A program made the translations under genes and the position numbers. From contig VHBL01000003.1 of assembly GCA_016871995.1 (NCBI GenBank), positions 1 to 32,000 of the forward strand: DNA of 32,000 bases. The letters run 5' to 3'. Shown here piece after piece: positions 1-8,662 of the stretch; the stretch's first letter is position 1; each line of letters starts with the position of its first letter. The DNA is from Nitrososphaerota archaeon. Its GTDB lineage: Archaea; Thermoproteota; Nitrososphaeria; Nitrososphaerales; UBA57. The notes beneath the pieces are model-generated. The model saw nothing but the letters and a program-made list of their open reading frames with translations, had not been told where the DNA came from and made no database searches.

Positions 1-107
1 TGAGCTTCTGCAGGCTTTATGGAGAGTGTCAATACAGAAAACACAGAGAATAAGAGGATTGCCGCAACTATTACTGCCGCAGACTTGCCTAAACCATTTT
101 GACTCAT
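1..107 (-). CDS. N-terminal fragment of a membrane-anchored or secreted protein; the gene continues past the left edge
   Basis: Reverse-strand ATG at 107-105 reads MSQNGLGKSAAVIVAAILLFSVFSVLTLSIKPAEA... (polar head, ~20-aa hydrophobic helix, A-x-A-like site). The frame stays open to position 1. This is my own translation; the ORF is truncated and so absent from the ORF track. Confidence 0.35.
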   Translation of the reverse strand, partial: MSQNGLGKSAAVIVAAILLFSVFSVLTLSIKPAEA

Positions 108-255
108 TTTAGGTCAACACTCTGCTCAAAACGAGATACTTATATGTTGCGAGTATGAGTATGCAATAAATTGTCTTTATCTAAATATTCGCTCAAAATA
201 TTTTATTAATGTCTGTGGAGATTCCAACAAAATGTAAAGACAAAAAGATAGCATC

Positions 256-266
256 TTTATATATTA
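256..266 (+). promoter_or_regulatory. TATA-like box (tttatatatta) upstream of the DEAD-box helicase gene; implies a ~70-nt 5' UTR
   Basis: Only strong TATA-like element in the AT-rich 108-362 spacer. It sits ~100 nt upstream of the TTG start at 363. Confidence 0.25.
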
Positions 267-362
267 GGGTAGCGCAGCACTAAACAACAAAGGAAGTAAC
301 AGAACGAAGAGGAATAATTCCAATTTATCTGGCTATCTTTTGTAACGAAAAGTGTAAAAACA

Positions 363-1562
363 TTGAGTCAGTTTAAGGAAATAGGAATCGATCCTAGAAT
401 CCTTCGTGCAATTGAAGATCTAGGGTTCAGTGTTCTTTTCCCGATTCAGGAGCAGGCGATTCCTCCCCTGATGGAAGGAAAGGACGTAATAGGACAGTCA
501 CATACAGGTTCAGGCAAAACTGCAGCGTTTGGAATACCTCTGATTTCAAAAATAGAGGAGAATGACAAGCATGTTCAGGCTCTAGTCCTGACCCCAACAA
601 GGGAGCTCGCAGTTCAGGTAGCGAAAGACATCAACGCATATGCAAAGTACACAGAGATAAGGGCTCTTGCAGTATACGGAGGAGAGTCAATAGAAAATCA
701 GTTCTCGAGGCTAAGGGATTTTCCCCGTGTAGTAGTAGCAACTCCCGGAAGATTGATTGACCATTTGAGGAGAGGCTCCATAAAATTAAGCGCCCTGAAG
801 TTCGTAGTGCTAGACGAAGCGGATAGGATGCTAGACATGGGCTTCATAGAGGATGTCGAGTATATTATGGAGAATGCTCCAATCGATATCCAAACAGCAT
901 TGTTCTCCGCCACGATGCCACGTGAGATATTATCACTATCGGACAGGTACATGAGGAACCCCGTGAAGATCCTTCTCAGCAAGGACGAAGTTGGGCTTGA
1001 AGCCATAGATCAATTGTATCTGGTGGTTGACGAGCAGTACAAATTCGATTCTCTATGTAAGATTCTGGCCAAACAGGCCGTGAACCAAGCAATAATATTC
1101 TGTGACACGAAGTGGAAAACCGGAACCCTTGCAACCGAGCTGCAAAAAGCAGGCTATCAGGCTCTGCCAATACATGGAGACCTGACGCAGAGGCAAAGAG
1201 ATAACGCTCTGACGTTGTTCAGGAAAAGCAAGATCGATATTCTAGTCGCTACTGATGTAGCTTCAAGAGGGTTAGACATAAGGGGAGTCAGCCACGTAGT
1301 GAACTTCGATGTGCCAAAAGACCCTCTTTCATACTTCCACAGAATCGGAAGGACTGCAAGGGCAGGAAGGGAAGGGATAGCGATAACTCTTGTTGGCCAA
1401 AAAGAGTATGAAGACTTCGAAAGGATCAAGGGTATGACCAAAATCCCGATAAGGAAGATGCAGGGATTCGTCTCATACGAGATGGAGCCGAAGGTTCTCC
1501 GGGGGAACTTCAGAAGAGGTAACAGGAATAATAGTCCACATAACTTCAGAAGGCGCTGGTAA
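363..1562 (+). CDS. DEAD-box ATP-dependent RNA helicase (TTG start, RG/RN-rich basic tail)
   Basis: Full motif set in order: GQSHTGSGKTAAF (I), PTRELA (Ia), VLDEADRML (II, DEAD), SAT (III), ASRGLDI (V), HRIGRTARAG (VI). C-terminus is RGNFRRGNRNNSPHNFRRRW. Confidence 0.95.
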   Translation: MSQFKEIGIDPRILRAIEDLGFSVLFPIQEQAIPPLMEGKDVIGQSHTGSGKTAAFGIPLISKIEENDKHVQALVLTPTRELAVQVAKDINAYAKYTEIRALAVYGGESIENQFSRLRDFPRVVVATPGRLIDHLRRGSIKLSALKFVVLDEADRMLDMGFIEDVEYIMENAPIDIQTALFSATMPREILSLSDRYMRNPVKILLSKDEVGLEAIDQLYLVVDEQYKFDSLCKILAKQAVNQAIIFCDTKWKTGTLATELQKAGYQALPIHGDLTQRQRDNALTLFRKSKIDILVATDVASRGLDIRGVSHVVNFDVPKDPLSYFHRIGRTARAGREGIAITLVGQKEYEDFERIKGMTKIPIRKMQGFVSYEMEPKVLRGNFRRGNRNNSPHNFRRRW

Positions 1563-1748
1563 ATGGGCAAGACTACATGTTATGTCTGCAAAGCTGGCAA
1601 GGCTCAGGCGTGTAAGAACTGCCAGCAACTGGTCTGCAAGTCTCATAGAGATTTGTATTTCAATGAGACTGTTAGAAATTTTACAATGCTCTGTCAGAAC
1701 TGCGGCAAGAAGATAGCTCCATTTGTGCCAAGACCTAGGTTCAGGTAG
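1563..1748 (+). CDS. Small (61 aa) Cys/His-rich zinc-binding protein, translationally coupled to the helicase
   Basis: ATG directly abuts the helicase TAA (1560-1562). Pattern is C-x2-C-x7-C-x2-C-x4-C-x2-H ... C-x2-C (CYVC..CKNC..CKSH..CQNC). Confidence 0.5.
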   Translation: MGKTTCYVCKAGKAQACKNCQQLVCKSHRDLYFNETVRNFTMLCQNCGKKIAPFVPRPRFR

Positions 1749-1753
1749 AGCCT

Positions 1754-1767
1754 AAAGTATTAATACA
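1754..1767 (+). promoter_or_regulatory. TATA-like box (aaagtattaataca) for the rps24e-rps27ae pair; spacing fits a leaderless or short-leader mRNA
   Basis: AT-rich element centred ~31 nt upstream of the ATG at 1792. Confidence 0.3.
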
Positions 1768-1791
1768 GATGCGTGGTTTCGGTGCATCCTC

Positions 1792-2148
1792 ATGTCTGCA
1801 GAGCTACTACAAGAACAGGAGAATAAGTTCCTCTCAAGGCGAGAGGTTACTGCAAGGTTCACCGGGATCAAGGGTAACCTGAAGAGGAATGAAGCGGCTA
1901 ACTTGATTGCACAGCAGCTCAACATCGACAAGGCCAACGTATTTCCAATAAAGATAGAGTTTGAAGCTGGAAGAGATTCTGCTAAAGGTACCTTCTATGT
2001 TTACAGCGACATTGAACTTGCAAATAAGCATCTTCCAAAATTTCTTATGATCAGATCACTTTCAAAGGAAGAGAGGAAGAAGGCTAGGGAAGAGATGAGG
2101 AAGCCCAAACAAGCAGCACCAGCAGCTGCTACTGCAGAGAAGAAGTAG
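1792..2148 (+). CDS. rps24e: 30S ribosomal protein S24e
   Basis: ENKFLSRREV...GTFYVYSD...A..H.PKFL is characteristic of S24e. The gene sits immediately upstream of S27ae, the conserved archaeal pair. Confidence 0.9.
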   Translation: MSAELLQEQENKFLSRREVTARFTGIKGNLKRNEAANLIAQQLNIDKANVFPIKIEFEAGRDSAKGTFYVYSDIELANKHLPKFLMIRSLSKEERKKAREEMRKPKQAAPAAATAEKK

Positions 2149-2158
2149 GTTTCTATAA

Positions 2159-2422
2159 ATGTCAAAAGCACCAGCACCTCCACCACCAGCTCCAGCAGCC
2201 CCAGCGCCAGAAGCTGTAGCACCGCCTCCTGCTCCGAGAGGGAAGAAGAAGAAAAAGCCGAAGGTCAGCCCTCAAATGTACAAGTTCTACAAGGTTCAGG
2301 GAGACTCGCTAAAGAGGCTAAAGCAGGAATGCCCCAGATGTGGCAAGGGAAGATTTCTTGCAGAACACAAAAACAGACTATCATGCGGAAACTGCAGCTA
2401 CACTTCGTTTAAGAAGTCTTAG
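2159..2422 (+). CDS. rps27ae: 30S ribosomal protein S27ae with a ~36-aa Pro/Ala-rich plus poly-Lys N-terminal extension
   Basis: The C-terminal 50 aa, [38 protein letters not shown], form the S27ae C4 zinc ribbon. The start could alternatively be the internal ATG at 2276. Confidence 0.85.
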   Translation: MSKAPAPPPPAPAAPAPEAVAPPPAPRGKKKKKPKVSPQMYKFYKVQGDSLKRLKQECPRCGKGRFLAEHKNRLSCGNCSYTSFKKS

Positions 2423-2548
2423 TTTCTTGCATCAACTTGCTAGAGTTTGCATTTTTGTCTGAATATTTTAGACGTGAAATTAACTTCATCCTTTGAGTCT
2501 ATCTACAAAACGGAAAAATTTTTGACAAATGATACGTTTTGTTAGTAA

Positions 2549-2571
2549 CTTCTACCAGCCCTTGGTAGAAG
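2549..2571 (-). terminator. Hairpin 3 nt downstream of the purA stop, followed on the minus strand by T-rich tracts
   Basis: cttctacca-gccct-tggtagaag forms a perfect 9-bp stem. An overlapping alternative 7-bp stem is agccctt/aagggct. The region lies between convergent genes. Confidence 0.35.
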
Positions 2572-2574
2572 GGC

Positions 2575-3570
2575 TCATCTTCTATCTATCGTGCTGTTAA
2601 CCTCCACACCAGTACCTATCAGGACGACTGGAATGCCAACCTCCCCTTCTACCTTGTCAACAAATTTCTTTGCCCTGCTAGACAGTTTAGAATGCTCAGT
2701 TATGCTTGCAGTTTCGGGAAACAGTACATCGAACTTTGTTATTGCGATACCAGTAGCACTGTTTAGCATAGCAGCCCTCTTGGCAAGTTTCATGCTGAAG
2801 GGAGCTGCTCTCCTTAACCTCCCCGTCACAGTTCCGTATTCTTCCCAGCCCCTCTTCTGCACCTCTTCAGCAGGCAGTTCGCCGTCAAGCTCTCCAGCCC
2901 CGACTCTGGTAACATAAGATTTGCAGACCATTATCACGTCGTCAACCTTCTTGGGCCCAATACCGACATCAGAGCAGATCGCAGACGCGGTCACATCTTT
3001 AGAAGTCACATAGGGATAAGTTCCGTGATAGAGCGAAAGAAAGGTTCCCTGCGTCCCTTCAATGATCAATTTCTTCCCTCGATCTACAACATCATTGACA
3101 TATTGGGCAACATCCCCAACCAAGTTCTTCAGTTTAGGTTCGTCCCTAGCTATCTTGGCGACTCTAAGCACTCTGTCAGAGTTTGCAGGTCCAGTACCTG
3201 TCCCCGTAGTTCCTATCTTCTCCTTTAGGTGCCCAACTTTATCAGCGGCCAGATGCTTCTCCTCAATGATAGAAGCTCCAGAGTCAATAAGGACTCGAGA
3301 TTTTGCATCATACCTGCTAGCCTCGTCGAGCAGAACGTCTGGGTTTACAAGCACTCCAGCTCCGACCATCAGCTTCGCTCTTGACACTATAGCGCTGGGA
3401 AGCATCCTAAGCTTGTACGTCTTTCCTTTATGGACGACCGTATGGCCTGCATTGGGCCCTACACCTCCTCTTACAGCTGTATCTACCTTATCCTTCAAGG
3501 CGAGATACGCAACTATCTTGCCCTTTCCCTCGTCTCCGAAGAATCCTCCAACAATAACGCACGTGGGCAA
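2575..3570 (-). CDS. purA: Adenylosuccinate synthetase, short archaeal type (331 aa)
   Basis: GGFFGDEGKGKIVAYL (GDEGKGK P-loop), GPNAGHTV, GTTGTGTGPA and TKFDVL motifs. Confidence 0.93.
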   Translation of the reverse strand: MPTCVIVGGFFGDEGKGKIVAYLALKDKVDTAVRGGVGPNAGHTVVHKGKTYKLRMLPSAIVSRAKLMVGAGVLVNPDVLLDEASRYDAKSRVLIDSGASIIEEKHLAADKVGHLKEKIGTTGTGTGPANSDRVLRVAKIARDEPKLKNLVGDVAQYVNDVVDRGKKLIIEGTQGTFLSLYHGTYPYVTSKDVTASAICSDVGIGPKKVDDVIMVCKSYVTRVGAGELDGELPAEEVQKRGWEEYGTVTGRLRRAAPFSMKLAKRAAMLNSATGIAITKFDVLFPETASITEHSKLSSRAKKFVDKVEGEVGIPVVLIGTGVEVNSTIDRR

Positions 3571-3612
3571 AAGCTAATCCGCAAAACTCCAGCATTTTAG
3601 CCTATTTATCGC

Positions 3613-4545
3613 TTGAGGCGATCGTTCAGAAGAAACCATGCAGATTTAAATCCTCCCTGCCACTTTCTGATTCAAGTGGCAAGGCAAATCTTCCCCAAGG
3701 CTGTAGGTAGCGTAGCCATAGCATGCTCCTTTATAGTGCTGTTCTACCTATTGCTGAATTTGCAAGTCGCTGCTTCGGGCCAGCAAGGTGACCAGTCTAA
3801 CTCTAACTCCAACCCAAGGGTAGGAGGAGGTGTCTCACAGCAGGCACTCTTGCAGTTAGCAGTCAGAGTAACCCTCATTTCAGATGAGGCCCCATATCTG
3901 AGAGTTCTTTCTGGGTTGCCAGTCCAAGTGTCTTGGCAGAGTCTAAACCCCAATAGTCAGAAGATGGAAACATTCTCTGTTGCAGGTACTACTGACGATA
4001 GAGGGAGGGCAATCTTCAGAATATCTCCAGGTAACTATTCACTGCAGGTTACTTGGAATAACATCAAGGGAAACAGATCTATATACGTTGACCCATCACA
4101 AAGGATTCACCAAGTAGACTGGAACATACAGAGCAAGACGATTTCATCTTACACGCTAGAGTTCAAGGATTCGCGAGGAGATGGGAGGGTTCTAGCAGGG
4201 GAGAGGGTAAGACTTTCATACAAAAGTGATGCTTTGATCAAAAACCCTGCACTTGTAGAAATGCGCATTGATAATCCAAACGCACCGAGAATTGCAGGGA
4301 GTAGACCTTCACAGAAGGTTTCAAGTCTGGCGGTATTAGGAATAACCATTGCGGGAGACCAATCATTGCTTGAGCTGACTCCTATCGACCCGCTGGTGGC
4401 ATTTGATTTAGATCCAGCCGCACTGCCCAGAGCGGCGGTTTACAGTATTAGCGTTGAAGGTCAACCTGTAATTCCAATTAGGGAAACTGTGATACCTGCT
4501 GCAAAGCCCAAAGTAGTTGCAGCACAGGCTGAGGAACTCCCATGA
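3613..4545 (+). CDS. Exported/membrane-anchored beta-rich protein; first gene of the MoxR operon (start uncertain, GTG at 3676 gives a cleaner signal anchor)
   Basis: Hydrophobic segment VGSVAIACSFIVLFYLLLNLQVAASG, then a beta-sandwich-like segment TTDDRGRAIFRISPGNYSLQV (CarboxypepD_reg-like pattern). The stop overlaps the next start (ATGA 4542-4545). Confidence 0.6.
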   Translation: MRRSFRRNHADLNPPCHFLIQVARQIFPKAVGSVAIACSFIVLFYLLLNLQVAASGQQGDQSNSNSNPRVGGGVSQQALLQLAVRVTLISDEAPYLRVLSGLPVQVSWQSLNPNSQKMETFSVAGTTDDRGRAIFRISPGNYSLQVTWNNIKGNRSIYVDPSQRIHQVDWNIQSKTISSYTLEFKDSRGDGRVLAGERVRLSYKSDALIKNPALVEMRIDNPNAPRIAGSRPSQKVSSLAVLGITIAGDQSLLELTPIDPLVAFDLDPAALPRAAVYSISVEGQPVIPIRETVIPAAKPKVVAAQAEELP

Positions 4546-5045
4546 TAGTGAATCCCTTTACCGGTTCTCCGTTATTACAGACATTGCTAGGCCTAATTAT
4601 CTTTCTTGCAGCGTTTAGTGTTATTGGGCTGGTCTTACCGTTGTTTAGGGGGAGGGGCTATGAAGATAATGGAGTCAGTGGCACATTGGGCAAAGGTTAT
4701 CAATACTTTTACGGCACAAAAGAAACACTAGAGAAGCTCAAAAATTTCAAAGAAGCCGGAGAGTTTTCTGAGGGCGCCATCCTAGGCTACAAAGCCTTGA
4801 GAAATTTGTTGCCCAAAGTTAACCTGCTCTCCGAAAACAAGGCAAATACTGAACTTGACATAATAAGCGAAATGATCAGGACGTCGCCAGAGCTGCGAGG
4901 TATTGCCCAGCCGATACTGCAATCATATACATACTACGAGAGGGCAAGGTTCTCCAAGCCGTTAACATCTGAAGAGCTTGATGACGCAATTACAGCCTTT
5001 GACAGAGTGTATTCACACTCTACCATAAAGCGGAAGAGGGGCTAG
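4542..5045 (+). CDS. DUF4129-like membrane protein
   Basis: N-terminal TM helix (LLQTLLGLIIFLAAFSVIGLVLPLF). The C-terminal YTYYERARFSKPLTSEELDDAITAF resembles the DUF4129 signature found next to MoxR/DUF58 genes. Confidence 0.6.
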   Translation: MIVNPFTGSPLLQTLLGLIIFLAAFSVIGLVLPLFRGRGYEDNGVSGTLGKGYQYFYGTKETLEKLKNFKEAGEFSEGAILGYKALRNLLPKVNLLSENKANTELDIISEMIRTSPELRGIAQPILQSYTYYERARFSKPLTSEELDDAITAFDRVYSHSTIKRKRG

Positions 5046-5417
5046 TTGGTAAATTATCTCTTTTTCACAATACTGGGGATAGCCGTGATAACAGCCCTTT
5101 ACACAAGGCGGCTGCTTAAGAAAATGACAATTCCCAATCAGGAGGGATACGTATATGAAAAAAGCGAATCTGCGAAAGGTTTGGCAAAACTAGGCGCAAA
5201 GATTCCAGACTATTCTGGTGCTGTAATTATCATTAGAGAGGAGGCCAAAGCCCAGCTACCGAGGCACAGCGCCTTCGATGCACAGCATATAGCACTAAAT
5301 TCTCTTATCGCAAACTGCACAGCGGTTCTGAACAAGGGTCGTGCCACTAAGGAAAAGTTCGTGGAGCTCCAAGGTACACTTCTTAAGATAAATACAAGTC
5401 ATGAAGTAGAGTTGTAA
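5046..5417 (+). CDS. Small single-TM protein of unknown function (TTG start)
   Basis: N-terminal helix YLFFTILGIAVITALY followed by RRLLKK. Packed between operon genes with 0- and 1-nt gaps. Confidence 0.5.
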   Translation: MVNYLFFTILGIAVITALYTRRLLKKMTIPNQEGYVYEKSESAKGLAKLGAKIPDYSGAVIIIREEAKAQLPRHSAFDAQHIALNSLIANCTAVLNKGRATKEKFVELQGTLLKINTSHEVEL

Positions 5418-5418
5418 C

Positions 5419-6390
5419 ATGGCAGACCTTCTTGCGGCCAAAATTTACGAAAAACTGCAGAATGAGATGTCAAAAGTCATAGTAGGCAAGACGGATGTTG
5501 TTAGACTTCTGACCATAGCTCTGATTTCAGATGGACATGTGCTTCTTGAGGGAGTACCAGGAGTCGCAAAAACACTTATCGCAAAATCGTTCTCAAAGTG
5601 CCTTGGACTTGAATTTAGGAGAATCCAGCTCACACCAGATATGCTCCCAGCCGACATTACTGGGACATTTACCTACAATGTTAGAGATCAGGTATTCGTC
5701 TTCAGAGAAGGCCCCGTGTTCTCTAATGTTGTACTTGCTGATGAAATCAACAGAGCGATTCCCAAGACTCAATCAGCTCTACTTGAGGCGATGCAGGAGA
5801 AACAGGTTACTGTTGAAGGAGTGACAAAGAAGCTCCCCGACCCGTTTATTGTTTTAGCAACACAAAACCCTGTTGAGATGCATGGAACCTATCCTCTACC
5901 GGAAGCACAGTTAGATAGGTTCATGTTCAGGCTCATCATAGCAACTCCAGAAGCGGATGATGAGATCGAAATACTGCGAAAGTCTTCAACTGTAGATGCC
6001 GAAGACTTGCAGAATGTTGTTGGGGTAAGAGACATCATAGAAGCCAGAGAAAACACACGGAAGGAGGTTACTGTGTCGAAAGAAGTGCTGAACTATATAG
6101 TTTCTTTGGTCGGGGCGACAAGAAGGGATGCGGAAAGAGTAATGCTTGGTGCGAGCCCGCGAGCATCAGTACAATTGTTGGCAGCATCAAAGGCACTTGC
6201 AGCACTTAGCGGAAGGAAATATGTCACTCCAGACGATGTCAAGAAGTTAGTATTCCCAGCTTTGAACCACAGAATACTCCTTAATCCAGAATATGTGCTA
6301 AGGACTGCCAATGTTGGTCGCCCGTATGACTACGATGCTCTCAATACTATAATCTCGAGTGCGTTGTCAATAGTAGAGCCACCCAGATGA
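5419..6390 (+). CDS. MoxR-family AAA+ ATPase
   Basis: Walker A GVPGVAKT, Walker B VLADEINRA, then PKTQSALLEAMQE and ATQNP, typical of MoxR/RavA-type ATPases. Confidence 0.93.
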   Translation: MADLLAAKIYEKLQNEMSKVIVGKTDVVRLLTIALISDGHVLLEGVPGVAKTLIAKSFSKCLGLEFRRIQLTPDMLPADITGTFTYNVRDQVFVFREGPVFSNVVLADEINRAIPKTQSALLEAMQEKQVTVEGVTKKLPDPFIVLATQNPVEMHGTYPLPEAQLDRFMFRLIIATPEADDEIEILRKSSTVDAEDLQNVVGVRDIIEARENTRKEVTVSKEVLNYIVSLVGATRRDAERVMLGASPRASVQLLAASKALAALSGRKYVTPDDVKKLVFPALNHRILLNPEYVLRTANVGRPYDYDALNTIISSALSIVEPPR

Positions 6391-6395
6391 TTTAG

Positions 6396-7697
6396 TTGCT
6401 TACAAAAAGAGGTATAGCCTTCCTTAACTCAACGTTCGCTCTGGTAGTAATAGCAAGTTTTGGCTTCGATCCACTGTTCACGCCTATATCGCTGATAATG
6501 CTGACGGTGCTCGGCGTAGAAACTATGCTTTATGCAAAGAGCCTTAGAGCTCTTCGATTGACAACCGCAACCAGAAAGCTCTCCGCCGAAAGCGCCTTCG
6601 TTGGAGATACTATTTCTGTAGATCTTGAGATAGAAAACAAGAGCAGGGGATCTTTGGGGCCAATAGTCGTAATAGATCAGATGCCACGAGGTTTCAAGAC
6701 AGCCGCATCTACACAGGATTGGATTCTTTCCATTGATGGCCGCTCCAACCAGCTGATTTACTACGAAATAGAACCATTGCAGATAGGAGACTGGAAATTT
6801 ACAGGCGTTGAGATCACCTTAACTGATAGATTTGGAATATTCAAAACAGTAAAGAGTATTCCTTGCGAATCTCGCATCAAGGTCTACCCAGACATGAGAA
6901 AAGGTGAGGAACTCTTGAAAGGGAGAATTCATTTGGGCATAAGGCCGATAAGACGTTCAGCGATTTCGACTCCACATGGTTCTGAATTTAGCGGAATCAG
7001 AGAATATTACCCCAGTGATGATGTTAGGATGATAGCATGGAAGGCGATGGCAAAATCCGCGATTCAGGAACCAAAGACGAAACAACACGAAAACGAGCAG
7101 GCCATAAACACAATTCTTGTGATATGCAATTCAGAAACTTCGGGAGAGGGTAATGTAGGTAGCAGGAAACTTGACAAGATAGTAGAAACTGCGATAATTT
7201 TCTCTTATCTCGCTTTGAAAACCGGAGGAATGTTCCATGTGGTCTTCTCCCGCGATGGTAAGGTAGAGCGAGTTTCAGGGAGACCTCTTGAAATGGCAAC
7301 TAAGCTCTACAACATAGAACCCGATCCGAAGGCCGATATTGCTGCTTTAATACGCTATGCATCAAAGATAACGCAGTCACGCTCGCTGTTGCTAACAACG
7401 GTAGATTCTCCGTATCCACACAAAATCAATAGTTCCTTCTTTAAGGGTGCAATGATTTCGAATCACTTCTTGCACATCTTGCTTCTTGACACTGCAAGTT
7501 TCTTCCCCATAGAGAGCCCTGATAAAGTCCTTACGATGGCCAGGAACGTTCTTGCTTCAAGGGAACTTGGACACTTAAGGCGGTTACTTTCAGAGTTGTC
7601 AGAGGAAGGAATAACAGGACAGCTCTGTGGTAAAGACGACCTTATGGCCAAGGCAATGGAAGTATTCTCAAACGCAGGAGTGATTATAGAAACTTGA
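6396..7697 (+). CDS. DUF58 (degenerate VWA-like) protein, the usual MoxR partner
   Basis: Two N-terminal TM helices and the DUF58 signature FSGIREYYPSDDVRMIAWKAMAK. TTG start. Confidence 0.88.
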   Translation: MLTKRGIAFLNSTFALVVIASFGFDPLFTPISLIMLTVLGVETMLYAKSLRALRLTTATRKLSAESAFVGDTISVDLEIENKSRGSLGPIVVIDQMPRGFKTAASTQDWILSIDGRSNQLIYYEIEPLQIGDWKFTGVEITLTDRFGIFKTVKSIPCESRIKVYPDMRKGEELLKGRIHLGIRPIRRSAISTPHGSEFSGIREYYPSDDVRMIAWKAMAKSAIQEPKTKQHENEQAINTILVICNSETSGEGNVGSRKLDKIVETAIIFSYLALKTGGMFHVVFSRDGKVERVSGRPLEMATKLYNIEPDPKADIAALIRYASKITQSRSLLLTTVDSPYPHKINSSFFKGAMISNHFLHILLLDTASFFPIESPDKVLTMARNVLASRELGHLRRLLSELSEEGITGQLCGKDDLMAKAMEVFSNAGVIIET

Positions 7698-8662
7698 AGT
7701 TTAGTCTAGTTTTAATCGGGCTATTTGCTGCGATGGCTCTGCCGTATCTTTCGCTTATAATCGTCTCTAATTACTTCTCATACATCTGGCTAGTAGTAAG
7801 GACATTAGGCGAAGTCAAACTTCACTCTATATCAGCACTGATGGCACTGGCATCCGTGGCAGCATACACATTTCGAATTTCAAGGGGTTCTGGTGCAGTT
7901 CAGGATTCTTCAATAATAGCAACATTAACTGTGCCAGTCGTGCTACCGTCTTTGCTCATGGTTGGCTTGTTATTGACTCCTATGCAGGAACAACTTCCCG
8001 CATATTTTTCATCTGCTGCTGATTTGTACTTGGTAGGAATTGCGAGTCTATCAATAGTCCTTCCACTTTTATCCATCATCAACCAAGCATCAATAATGTT
8101 TCTGAACAAGGGAAGTGCTGCAAGTGCCGTACTTATGACGATGATTAACTACGGCTTGATTGCTTTCGTAGGTGTAGTAGGTTCCGAACCACTACCACCA
8201 GAGGGACCAAGCAAGGGCTTGCAGGTTATGGGTGCAAGGATACTTGTGGACTTTTACGCCTTCATGCAATTTCTGATTTCAAGTTTACTAGGCTTAGAGC
8301 AAATAACCAGTTCTCCTTTGGGGAGCGTACCTTGGCTGGCCTCTCCAGACAGGATATTAAATGCGACAATCTTCGCCATAGCATCTGCAGTGTATTTCTA
8401 TTATAGACTGTATCAGAAGAGGGCTGAAGAGGAAGGAGCCCTGACTCTTGTAAAAAGCGGGGGGCCAATGGCAGTAAGCCTGCATAGTATAGGATTCGCG
8501 ATCTTTGCTGCTGTGCTTATAGACGCAGGATTAATATTGGCAATTTTGCTTACTGTGCAGCAATTGCAGCTGGCAGTAGAGCTGTCGATAGTGTTGATGA
8601 TGGCGATGATAATGATACTCGGGTTTGCGGATAGGCTGATGCCAAGGTGGTTTAGGGGATGA
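7694..8662 (+). CDS. Polytopic integral membrane protein (about 8-9 TM)
   Basis: Hydrophobic throughout. The start overlaps the DUF58 stop (TTGA) and the stop overlaps the next start (ATGA). No transglutaminase Cys-His-Asp motif seen. Confidence 0.65.
   Translation: MKFSLVLIGLFAAMALPYLSLIIVSNYFSYIWLVVRTLGEVKLHSISALMALASVAAYTFRISRGSGAVQDSSIIATLTVPVVLPSLLMVGLLLTPMQEQLPAYFSSAADLYLVGIASLSIVLPLLSIINQASIMFLNKGSAASAVLMTMINYGLIAFVGVVGSEPLPPEGPSKGLQVMGARILVDFYAFMQFLISSLLGLEQITSSPLGSVPWLASPDRILNATIFAIASAVYFYYRLYQKRAEEEGALTLVKSGGPMAVSLHSIGFAIFAAVLIDAGLILAILLTVQQLQLAVELSIVLMMAMIMILGFADRLMPRWFRG

Noticed and set aside
698-1570. Minus-strand ORFs of 102, 64 and 137 aa inside the DEAD-box helicase gene
   Set aside because: They are antisense shadows of a gene with a complete helicase motif set. 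Their composition is low-complexity Ser/Leu/Pro-rich and they carry no motifs.
2591-3577. Plus-strand ORFs (108, 67 and 171 aa) overlapping purA
   Set aside because: They are antisense to a confidently identified purA. The Ser/Thr/Pro-rich translations are typical of shadow frames.
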